A stretch of 47,872 nucleotides of DNA from Nocardioides sp. (GTDB taxonomy: Bacteria > Actinomycetota > Actinomycetes > Propionibacteriales > Nocardioidaceae). Shown piece after piece: positions 27,470-35,554 of this stretch. Both the position numbers and the translations under genes were made by a program. Where the stretch lies: contig JBDSPC010000085.1 of assembly GCA_039914485.1 (NCBI GenBank), positions 1 to 47,872 on the forward strand, in the 5' to 3' direction. A model generated the notes under the pieces. It searched no databases. It was not told the DNA's origin and saw only the letters and a list, made by a program, of their open reading frames with translations. Numbering within the stretch: the stretch's first letter is position 1; every line of letters starts with the position of its first letter.

Positions 27470-27513
27470 TCCGATCGCCGGACAGGGCACTCACGCTTCC
27501 CTAGGCTCCGGTC

Positions 27514-29022
27514 ATGACGGTCGGGGGACGTGGAGTCGGAGTTCTTGTCGGTGTGCTGGTGGCCGCCTTCATGGCGGTGATGCCGCTCGCGGGCGCCCAG
27601 GCCGCAGGTGACCTGGTCGTGTGGCCGACAGCCGAGGAGATCAACCCGAAGGTGACGCCCTACCGGCTCACCATCAACGATCCCGAGGGCTTCGCCAACC
27701 TGGTCGCACGCTGGGACATCGACGACCAGGACTATCGCGAGCTCCTCCTGCCCCACGAGGGCACCGTCGATCTGCCGTTCGCCGAGACATTCGTGCACAA
27801 CCGCGACACCACCGTAAGGATCTTTCGCTGTGTCAACGCGACGTGGAGTGAAGAATCCTGTGTCCAGCTGGACTACAACTGGATCACGGTCTGGGTCGAG
27901 GCCGGACTTGCCTCCGGGGGGATCAGCAAGGCCGGGACCTCCCCCACAGAGTTCAGCTTCGAATACCGCCCGGTTGGTCTTGGCACGAGCACCTGGCGGC
28001 TGTTGGCCGCTGACGGGTCCGAGGTGCAGGCAGGCCAGACACCACTGGGACCGGGCGGGCAGCTGACGCTCGCAGTGCCACTCGGCACCCCGGAGCAGCT
28101 CGGCACGTTCGAGATCACTTCATCCCTCGACGGCACAGCGGTGGGTCACCTCGACGGTCGCTGGACCACGTCGGTCCAGCTCGACGGCGTTCCGCCACCG
28201 CCGCCCGTGTTGGCGGTGTCCGGCTCGGTCGTCTATCCGCACGAGGACGGCTACCTCGACACGGTCCGGGTGACGATGCAGACGCCAGGAGCTCGGACGG
28301 CAGTGCTCCGGGCCGTGGATCAGACCACCGGTGCCAGCCATGTCGTGGACGAGCAGGTTTCGGAGCGGTCCGCGACGTTCAACTTCGACGGGCTGACCAA
28401 CAGAGGACACAAGCTGCCTGCGGCGATCTACCGACTGGAGGCCACGTCGTACGACGCCGCCGGAGAGACCAGCTCATCGAGCGAGCCGATCGAGGTGCGC
28501 TGGGACGAGCTGCGGATGGTCACCTGGAGACACACGATTCCGGCCGCCAAGACCGTGATCAAGAAGTACACAGGTCCGTGCGGAACCCTGAGCAAGCCCG
28601 CCGAACCGGGCTGGCGCGGATCGCTCGGCTACTACAGCGGAACCTGCCGCGATCCTGACAAGGCGTTCGTCCAAGTGATCCACGGACTCAACCTCCCGCC
28701 GAGCTTCCACGACAAGTACGCCGCCCTCCGCGTCTCGCTGACCGGTGGCCCGAACAAGAGGCGACCGGGTTCCTACCTGGTGCTCGGCTACTTCACCGAC
28801 GCCAAGAAGTGGGCGTTCGAGAACCGCCGGGTGTTCCGGGGGCGCGGGATCCAGACGCACAAGGGCGACTCCGCGTCGCGGCAGACGATGAAGTTCATCC
28901 ACGACGACGGCAAGGGTCCGTACGTCGCGTGGAGCACCGGCCTCAGCCAGGGCAGCCGCTACGACGTGAAGAGCTTCACGGTGACGATCAGGTATCAAGC
29001 CCTGGTGCCCGGAAGCAAGTAG
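27514..29022 (+). CDS. Secreted hypothetical protein, probably with Ig-like/beta-rich domains
   Basis: Signal peptide ending AQA; YPHEDGYLD and FDGLTNRGHKLPAAIYRL recall FlgD-Ig-like segments; TAGGCT-N6-ATG. Confidence 0.7.
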   Translation: MTVGGRGVGVLVGVLVAAFMAVMPLAGAQAAGDLVVWPTAEEINPKVTPYRLTINDPEGFANLVARWDIDDQDYRELLLPHEGTVDLPFAETFVHNRDTTVRIFRCVNATWSEESCVQLDYNWITVWVEAGLASGGISKAGTSPTEFSFEYRPVGLGTSTWRLLAADGSEVQAGQTPLGPGGQLTLAVPLGTPEQLGTFEITSSLDGTAVGHLDGRWTTSVQLDGVPPPPPVLAVSGSVVYPHEDGYLDTVRVTMQTPGARTAVLRAVDQTTGASHVVDEQVSERSATFNFDGLTNRGHKLPAAIYRLEATSYDAAGETSSSSEPIEVRWDELRMVTWRHTIPAAKTVIKKYTGPCGTLSKPAEPGWRGSLGYYSGTCRDPDKAFVQVIHGLNLPPSFHDKYAALRVSLTGGPNKRRPGSYLVLGYFTDAKKWAFENRRVFRGRGIQTHKGDSASRQTMKFIHDDGKGPYVAWSTGLSQGSRYDVKSFTVTIRYQALVPGSK

Positions 29023-29069
29023 CGCCCGGCACGCAATCAGGTTGCGGCGTACGGGAGAATGATCCGGTT

Positions 29070-32000
29070 GTGCAGATCTCCTACCCGCCCGCCCTGCCGG
29101 TCTCCGCGCGCCGTGACGACATCGCGGCCGCTATTCGCGACCACCAGGTCGTCATCATCGCCGGCGAGACCGGCTCGGGCAAGACCACCCAGCTGCCGAA
29201 GATCTGCCTCGAGCTCGGTCGAGGTGCGGACGGCAAGCTGATCGGCCACACCCAGCCTCGACGCATCGCCGCCCGCTCCGTCGCCGAGCGGATCGCCGAG
29301 GAGCTCGGCACCGAGCTGGGGGACCTGGTGGGCTACCAGGTGCGGTTCACCGACCGCACGTCTCGCCAGTCGCGGGTCAAGCTGATGACCGACGGCATCC
29401 TGTTGGCCGAGCTGCAGCGCGATCGCCAGCTGCGCAAGTACGACACGATCATCATCGACGAGGCGCACGAGCGCTCGCTCAACATCGACTTCCTGCTCGG
29501 CTACCTCAAGCGGCTGCTGCCGCGCCGGCCCGACCTCAAGCTCATCATCACCAGCGCGACCATCGACGTCGACCGGTTCGCCGAGCACTTCACGGCGCCC
29601 ATCGTCGAGGTGACGGGCCGGACCTTCCCGGTCGAGGTCCGCTACCGCCCGCTGCTCGAGCTGCCGGAGGACGATGAGGAGGGCGAGCCGATCCAGCGCG
29701 ACCAGACCGAGGCGATCATCGCCGCAGTCCGCGAGCTCTCGGCCGAGGGGCCGGGCGACGTGCTGGTCTTCCTGCCCGGTGAGCGCGAGATCCGCGACAC
29801 CGCCGATGCCCTCGACGCGCTCAAGAGCGACCGGCTCGAGGTCGTCCCGCTCTACTCCCGGCTGTCCGCCGCCGAGCAACACCGCGTCTTCTCCAGCCAC
29901 AACATGTCCGTACGCCGCATCGTGCTCGCCACCAACGTGGCCGAGACATCGCTGACCGTGCCGGGGATCCGCTACGTCATCGACACCGGCGTCGCCCGGA
30001 TCTCGCGCTACTCGCTGCGGACCAAGGTGCAGCGGCTGCCGATCGAGCCGATCAGCCAGGCGTCGGCCAACCAGCGCTCCGGCCGGTGTGGTCGCGTCGA
30101 GGCGGGCATCGCGATCCGGCTCTACGCCGAGGAGGACTTCGAGGGGCGCGCGGAGTTCACCGACCCGGAGATCCTGCGCACCAACCTGGCCAGCGTCATC
30201 CTGCAGATGACCTCCCTCGGGCTCGGCGACATCGGCCGCTTCCCGTTCGTCGAGCCGCCCGACAAGCGCAACATCAAGGCCGGCATCGAGCTGCTGGAAG
30301 AGCTGGGAGCCCTTGGCCCGGCGGTTGAGGAGCGCGCGCAGCGCGCGTCACGAAACCCCGGGCCAACCCCCGGTTTCGTGACAGGACTTCGTCCTTCCTC
30401 AACCTCCGATGGAGCCCCCACGCTCACCAAGCTCGGCCGTCGTCTCGCCCGCCTCCCCATCGACCCGCGACTGGGCCGGATGATCCTCGAGGCCGAGCGC
30501 CTCGGCTGCGTGCGCGAGGTGATCGTCATCGCGGCCGCGCTCAGCCTCCAGGACCCGCGCGAGCGCCCCGCCGAGCTGCAGGCGCAGTCCGACCAGCAGC
30601 ACGCCCGCTTCAAGGACGAGACGTCCGACTTCCTCACCTGGCTCAACCTCTGGCGCCACATCAAGGAGCAGCAGCGCGAGCTGAGCTCCAGCGCCTTCCG
30701 GCGCATGTGCAAGCGCGAGTTCCTCAACTACCTTCGGGTGCGCGAGTGGCAGGACTTCGAGTCCCAGCTGCGGCAGGTCTGCAAGGAGATGAAGATCGAT
30801 CTCGGCCAGCCCGCCGATCTTCCCGACGGCGACGGCATCCACCAGGCCCTGCTCTCCGGACTGCTCAGCCACATCGGCGCGCTCGAGGAACGCCCGCAGG
30901 CGCGAGCAGGCGAGCGCAAGCCGATGCGGGAGTACGTCGGTGCGCGCGGCGCGCGCTTCGCGATCTTCCCGGGGAGTGTGCTCAAGGGCCGCAACCCGGC
31001 CTTCGTGATGGCCGGCGAGCTCGTCGAGACCAGCCGACTCTGGGGGCGGCAGAACGCCGCGATCAAGCCCGAGTGGGCCGAGAAGCTGGCCGGCCCGCTG
31101 GCCAGGCGCAGCTATTCCGAGCCGCACTGGTCGGCCAAGCGCGTGGCGGTGATGGCCTACGAGAAGGTCACGCTCTACGGCGTACCCCTCGTCGCGGACC
31201 GCCTCATCACCTTCGGCAAGGTCGACCCGGAGCTCTCGCGCGAGCTCTTCATCCGGCATGCGCTGGTGCAGGGGGAGTGGCGCACACGGCACGACTTCTT
31301 CCACACCAACCGCGAGCTTCTCGACGAGGCCGAGGAGCTCGAGCACCGCGCCCGCCGGCGCGACATCGTGGTCGACGAGGAGACGCTCTTCGACTTCTAC
31401 GACGCGCGCGTCGGGGCCGAGGTCGTCAGCGGTGCCCACTTCGACCAGTGGTGGAAGCGCGAGCGCAACAAGCGGCCCCACCTGTTGACGTTCGACCCGG
31501 AGATGCTCACGCACGCGGGCGCCGACCAGGTCCGCGCGACCGACTTCCCGACCAGCTGGCGCGACTCCGACGAGGTCGGCCTGACCTTCCCGATCAGCTA
31601 CCACTTCGAGCCCGGCCACGCCGACGACGGCCTGACCATCGAGGTGCCGGTGGCCACCCTCAACCGGGTCGATGCGACCGACTTCTCCTGGCTGGTGCCG
31701 GGCCTGCGTGAGGAGCTCGTCACCGAGCTGATCCGCAGCCTGCCCAAGAACCTCCGGGTCAACTTCGTGCCGGCTCCCAACAAGGCGCGCGAGTTCCTTG
31801 CCGCCGTTCCGGCCGGGGCCGAGCCGCTCCTCGACGCGCTGGAGCGCTACCTCGTCGGCCAGACCGGGATCGTCGTCCCGCGCGAGGCCTGGGACTGGGC
31901 CAAGGTCCCTGGCCACCTGCAGCCGACCTTCCGGGTCGTCGACGAGGACGGTGGCGAGGCCGCGCGCGGCAAGGACCTGGAGTCGTTGAAGGCGCCGCTG

Positions 32001-32909
32001 CGACCCAGCCTCGAGCAGGCGATCGCCGACGTGGCCGCCGACTCGGGCGTGTCCGCGACCGGCCAGAGGTCCTGGACGTTCGGCACGATCGAGGAGTCCT
32101 TCACCCAGCTGCGCGCGGGCCACGAGGTGCGCGGCTTCCCCGCGCTCGTCGACGAGGGCAGCACGGTCGGCCTGCAGGTGTGTCCGTCCGCCGCCGAGGC
32201 TGCGGCACGCCACCGCTTGGGCGTACGCCGCCTCCTGCTGCTCGCCCTCGGCGAATCACCCACGGTGGACCAGCTGGGGCTCGACCAGTTCAGCCTGCTC
32301 GCGCTCGTCGGTTCGCCGTACCCCACCGTCGGCGAGCTGGTGGACGACGTCCGCGCCGCGGTGGTCGGCGACCTCGTCGACGCGCGGCCTCCTGCGCGGG
32401 ACCAGGCGGCGTACGACACCCTCCTGACCGAGGCGAAGCGCGACCACACGGCCGCGGTCATCGCGGCGATCCACGACGTGATCAAGGTGCTGGGCGCGTG
32501 GCGGGCCACCGACAAGGAGCTGTCCGGGCGGGCCGAGCTGATGACGCTGCCGGCGCTCACCGACATGAAGACCCAGGTGACGCGGCTGATGACCCGAGGC
32601 TTCATCGGGGAGGCGGGAGCCGCGCAGCTCCGCGAGTTCGCGCGCTACCTGGCGGCCGTGCAGCACCGCCGGGCCCGACTCGACGAGCAGGTCGCGCGCG
32701 ACCGGCAGCTCATGGACCAGATGGCCGACCTGCAGGACGCGTGGCTGCACCAGGTCGCGGCCCTGCCGCCGGGTCGGCCGCCGAGCGCGGGGCTGCGGGC
32801 GGTGCGCTGGCTGCTGGAGGAATACCGCGTGTCCCTGTGGGCGCAGCAGCTCGGCACCAAGGGCTCGGTCAGCGACCAGCGGATCCGCAAGGCCCTGTCA
32901 GCTGGATAG
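29070..32909 (+). CDS. hrpA: ATP-dependent RNA helicase HrpA
   Basis: GETGSGKTTQLPK, TQPRRIAA, DEAH, SAT, TNVAETSLT, QRSGRCGR, C-terminal WLLEEYRVSLWAQ; start GTG 29070. Confidence 0.96.
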   Translation: MQISYPPALPVSARRDDIAAAIRDHQVVIIAGETGSGKTTQLPKICLELGRGADGKLIGHTQPRRIAARSVAERIAEELGTELGDLVGYQVRFTDRTSRQSRVKLMTDGILLAELQRDRQLRKYDTIIIDEAHERSLNIDFLLGYLKRLLPRRPDLKLIITSATIDVDRFAEHFTAPIVEVTGRTFPVEVRYRPLLELPEDDEEGEPIQRDQTEAIIAAVRELSAEGPGDVLVFLPGEREIRDTADALDALKSDRLEVVPLYSRLSAAEQHRVFSSHNMSVRRIVLATNVAETSLTVPGIRYVIDTGVARISRYSLRTKVQRLPIEPISQASANQRSGRCGRVEAGIAIRLYAEEDFEGRAEFTDPEILRTNLASVILQMTSLGLGDIGRFPFVEPPDKRNIKAGIELLEELGALGPAVEERAQRASRNPGPTPGFVTGLRPSSTSDGAPTLTKLGRRLARLPIDPRLGRMILEAERLGCVREVIVIAAALSLQDPRERPAELQAQSDQQHARFKDETSDFLTWLNLWRHIKEQQRELSSSAFRRMCKREFLNYLRVREWQDFESQLRQVCKEMKIDLGQPADLPDGDGIHQALLSGLLSHIGALEERPQARAGERKPMREYVGARGARFAIFPGSVLKGRNPAFVMAGELVETSRLWGRQNAAIKPEWAEKLAGPLARRSYSEPHWSAKRVAVMAYEKVTLYGVPLVADRLITFGKVDPELSRELFIRHALVQGEWRTRHDFFHTNRELLDEAEELEHRARRRDIVVDEETLFDFYDARVGAEVVSGAHFDQWWKRERNKRPHLLTFDPEMLTHAGADQVRATDFPTSWRDSDEVGLTFPISYHFEPGHADDGLTIEVPVATLNRVDATDFSWLVPGLREELVTELIRSLPKNLRVNFVPAPNKAREFLAAVPAGAEPLLDALERYLVGQTGIVVPREAWDWAKVPGHLQPTFRVVDEDGGEAARGKDLESLKAPLRPSLEQAIADVAADSGVSATGQRSWTFGTIEESFTQLRAGHEVRGFPALVDEGSTVGLQVCPSAAEAAARHRLGVRRLLLLALGESPTVDQLGLDQFSLLALVGSPYPTVGELVDDVRAAVVGDLVDARPPARDQAAYDTLLTEAKRDHTAAVIAAIHDVIKVLGAWRATDKELSGRAELMTLPALTDMKTQVTRLMTRGFIGEAGAAQLREFARYLAAVQHRRARLDEQVARDRQLMDQMADLQDAWLHQVAALPPGRPPSAGLRAVRWLLEEYRVSLWAQQLGTKGSVSDQRIRKALSAG
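30323..30404. repeat. REP-doublet palindromic element inserted in frame within hrpA
   Basis: GGTTGAGGA-[GCGCGC GCA GCGCGC]-GTCACGAAACC, spacer, GGTTTCGTGAC-[AGGAC TTC GTCCT]-TCCTCAACC. Confidence 0.8.
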
Positions 32910-32918
32910 AAGAGTTGT

Positions 32919-33009
32919 GGAGCACGCCGCACCGGGAGCGCCTCACGGCGCGTGGCCGCTCGTAGCGGCTTAAGTTGGGACCCGGGGCTGCCGCGATGCG
33001 GCGTGCTCC
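32919..33009 (-). ncRNA. Candidate structured small RNA (about 91 nt), family not recognised
   Basis: Perfect 13-bp closing stem, inner CCGGG/CCCGG helix, hairpins GCCGCT-ACG-AGCGGC and GCGCC-GTGA-GGCGC; TAGACT -10 box 7 nt upstream (33022-33017). Confidence 0.65.
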
Positions 33010-33036
33010 GAGGGAGAGTCTACGTCGTGATTCGGC

Positions 33037-33639
33037 TCAGGCCAGCGATTCGCGGAGCTCGAGGTGGCCGGCCGCCTCGAGCTGCTCGGAGAGCGTGAGC
33101 ATCCTCACGGTCGACTCGTGGTTGGTGCCGGTCTGGGCCGCCCTTCCGGTGGCCACGACGCGGGCGAACGCCGCGGCTCGGAGCAGGGTGATCGCGAAGT
33201 CGCCGACGATGCCGCGCAGCACGTCGTCGATCATCGACTTCACCTCGTCGGGTCCCGGCGGGTCGGCCACACCGGCGACCACGCGCGCGACCTGGGCGCC
33301 GGCCAGCCCGGCGTCGTACTCCGCAGCGACCTCGACGGGCGAGCGGTGCACCCAGGCGCGCAGGACGTAGAGCCGCCACAGGCAGCCCGCGAGGGTGTCG
33401 GCCGGGGCACCCGACCAGACCTCCGCGAGGGTCTCGAGGCCCTCGGTGTCGGCGAGGTGCAGCACCCGCTCGACCAGGTCGTGGTCGTCCGCACCCTGCG
33501 CTCCGCGCACCAGCAGGGTGGCCGCGAGATCGCCGGCCTCGCGGACCGCGGCGGGGTCGGCGCCACCAGTGAGGTCCTCGAAGAAGGACGCACCCGGGAC
33601 ACGAGGTCGGTGGTGGCGCGGGGCGTCGGAGTCGGCCAT
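33037..33639 (-). CDS. Hypothetical helical protein (200 aa) upstream of the candidate ncRNA
   Basis: Strong codon bias; EVWSGAPADTLAGCLWRLYVLRAWV, DDVLRG..GDFAITLLRAAAFARV; no catalytic motif recognised. Confidence 0.8.
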   Translation of the reverse strand: MADSDAPRHHRPRVPGASFFEDLTGGADPAAVREAGDLAATLLVRGAQGADDHDLVERVLHLADTEGLETLAEVWSGAPADTLAGCLWRLYVLRAWVHRSPVEVAAEYDAGLAGAQVARVVAGVADPPGPDEVKSMIDDVLRGIVGDFAITLLRAAAFARVVATGRAAQTGTNHESTVRMLTLSEQLEAAGHLELRESLA

Positions 33640-33676
33640 CCGTCCACTCTATGAGCCCACTCCTATGCTCGGCGCC

Positions 33677-34057
33677 ATGGCCGACTCCTATGCACCCGAG
33701 ATCGACGGCGAACCCGATCCCGGGGAGGTCGTCTGGGCGTGGGTGGCCTACGAGGACGACCCCGCCCAAGGCAAGGACCGGCCCGTGCTGGTGCTGCGCG
33801 CCGTGGAGGACGGGTGGGTCGGGCTCTACTTCACGAGCAAGGACCACGACCGTGATGCGGCCGACGAGGCGACGTACGGCCGCTTCTGGATGGACGTCGG
33901 CAGCGGCGGCTGGGACTCCCAGGGCCGCCCGAGCGAGGTCCGCCTGGATCGGCTCGTCCCGCTGACGCGTGATGGCGTACGCCGCGAGGGAGCCGCCCTC
34001 GATCCCGTCGTGTTCGCCCGGGTGGTCGAGGCCGCGGCCCGTCACGCCGGGTCGTGA
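33677..34057 (+). CDS. PemK/MazF-like family protein
   Basis: YAPEIDGEPDPGEVVWAWVAYEDDPAQGKDRPVLV, TSKDH, WDSQGRPSEVRLDR, VRREGA; TATGCT-N7-ATG. Confidence 0.82.
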   Translation: MADSYAPEIDGEPDPGEVVWAWVAYEDDPAQGKDRPVLVLRAVEDGWVGLYFTSKDHDRDAADEATYGRFWMDVGSGGWDSQGRPSEVRLDRLVPLTRDGVRREGAALDPVVFARVVEAAARHAGS

Positions 34058-34104
34058 CCGTAAGGTTGCCTCGATCAATGATGTGGACAGGGAAGCGGGC
34101 GAAG

Positions 34105-35481
34105 ATGACGCGGCGGCTGATAGCCATGACGTCGGCGTTGGTGCTGAGCCTCGGCCTCGCGGCCTGCTCCGACGACGAGCCGCCGCCGCGCGAGAAGCCC
34201 ACCTCCAAGCCGACCTCGGTCGAGCAGCCCAGGACCCTGACCTTCGGTGCCTTCGGCCACCCGGCCGAGCTCAAGGCCTTCGACCAGGTCGTCGACTCCT
34301 TCAACGCGTCGTCGCAGACCCGCCAGGTCGAGCTCGTCACCTGGAACAACCACGAGCAGGCGCTCGAGGCTGTCCTCGCCGGCGACGCACCGGACGTCTT
34401 CCTGACTGCTCGCCGCGACCTGATGGACGTCGCCGAGAGCAAGACGACCCGCCCGGTCAGCCTGCTGCTCGACGAGCGCGGCATCGACTTCGGTGACCGC
34501 TACTCCCGCGACGCGCTCGAGGCGTTCTCCTACGACGACGACCTCCAGTGCATGCCCTACTCGGTCTCCCCGATGGTCATGTACTTCAACACCGAGCTCG
34601 TCGACTTCGAGAAGATGGAGCGTCGAGAGCTCGACGTACCCTCCGTCGACGACGAGGGCGTGCGCAGCGACCGCTGGACGCTGGCGGAGTTCGCTGCCGC
34701 CGCCCAGTTCGCGACGCGACGGGGCAAGGTCGACGGGGTGTGGATCGAGCCCACCCTGCGCGGTCTCGCGCCGTTCATCTACTCCGGCGGCGGCCAGGTC
34801 TTCGACGACGACAACGACCCGAAGTCGCTGGACTTCGCCGCCGACGGCACCCGCTCCGCCCTGGACCAGACGCTGACGATCCTGCGCGACACGACGCTGA
34901 CGCCCAGCGCCGAGGAGCTGCGTGAGGCCACCTCGCTGCAGCTGTTCAAGCGCGGCAAGCTCGCCATGATCGCCGGCTTCCGCGACCTCGTGCCCGAGCT
35001 GCGCGCCGTCGACGACCTCTCCTTCGACACCATCTCGATGCCCGTCATCGAGACCCCCGCGACCGTCGGCGACATCGACGGGTTGTGCATCTCCGCCGAT
35101 GCCGAGTTCGTCAACGACGCAGCGGACTTCATGGCGTACGCCGTCTCGGACGCCGCCCTCGAGATCGTCACCCGCACCGGCTACATCGTCCCGGCGAACA
35201 CCGAGGTCGCCGGCTCCGAGGCGTTCCTGTGGCCGGGCCGCGAGCCCGAGCACGCCACCGTCTTCAACTCCGCCATCCGCGGCATGGTGATCCCGCCGCT
35301 GCTCACGACCGGCAACGAGCTGGAGGCGGCCGTCGGCCCGCTGCTGGACGACCTGGTCACCAGCCCCGGTGTGCTCGACCTCGACCTCGCCACCGAGGAG
35401 ATCGACAACGCCTCGCGGACGATCCTCGACCCGGAGTCGGTGACCGAGTCGCCGGAACCGTCGGAGTCCCCGACCGAATAG
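34105..35481 (+). CDS. Sugar-type ABC extracellular solute-binding lipoprotein (orphan)
   Basis: Lipobox LAAC; GDAPDVF, MPYSVSPMVMYFN, FKRGKLAM. Confidence 0.85.
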   Translation: MTRRLIAMTSALVLSLGLAACSDDEPPPREKPTSKPTSVEQPRTLTFGAFGHPAELKAFDQVVDSFNASSQTRQVELVTWNNHEQALEAVLAGDAPDVFLTARRDLMDVAESKTTRPVSLLLDERGIDFGDRYSRDALEAFSYDDDLQCMPYSVSPMVMYFNTELVDFEKMERRELDVPSVDDEGVRSDRWTLAEFAAAAQFATRRGKVDGVWIEPTLRGLAPFIYSGGGQVFDDDNDPKSLDFAADGTRSALDQTLTILRDTTLTPSAEELREATSLQLFKRGKLAMIAGFRDLVPELRAVDDLSFDTISMPVIETPATVGDIDGLCISADAEFVNDAADFMAYAVSDAALEIVTRTGYIVPANTEVAGSEAFLWPGREPEHATVFNSAIRGMVIPPLLTTGNELEAAVGPLLDDLVTSPGVLDLDLATEEIDNASRTILDPESVTESPEPSESPTE

Positions 35482-35554
35482 CCGACCGGGCACAAAGTTC
35501 CGCCTGACAGGCATCGACCGGGCACAAAGTGCGTAACTTTGTGCCCGGTCGGCT
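35480..35554. repeat. Palindromic element between convergent genes, same family as 16060-16162
   Basis: 20-bp perfect IR AGCCGACCGGGCACAAAGTT / AACTTTGTGCCCGGTCGGCT plus internal direct copy CGACCGGGCACAAAGT (35515-35530). Confidence 0.78.

Noticed and set aside
32919-33009. tRNA or plain intrinsic terminator
   Set aside because: No T-loop (GTTCRA), D-loop or 7-nt anticodon loop. The closing stem encloses 65 nt of further structure, there is no long U-tract, and a -10 box sits upstream. A secondary terminator role is not excluded.
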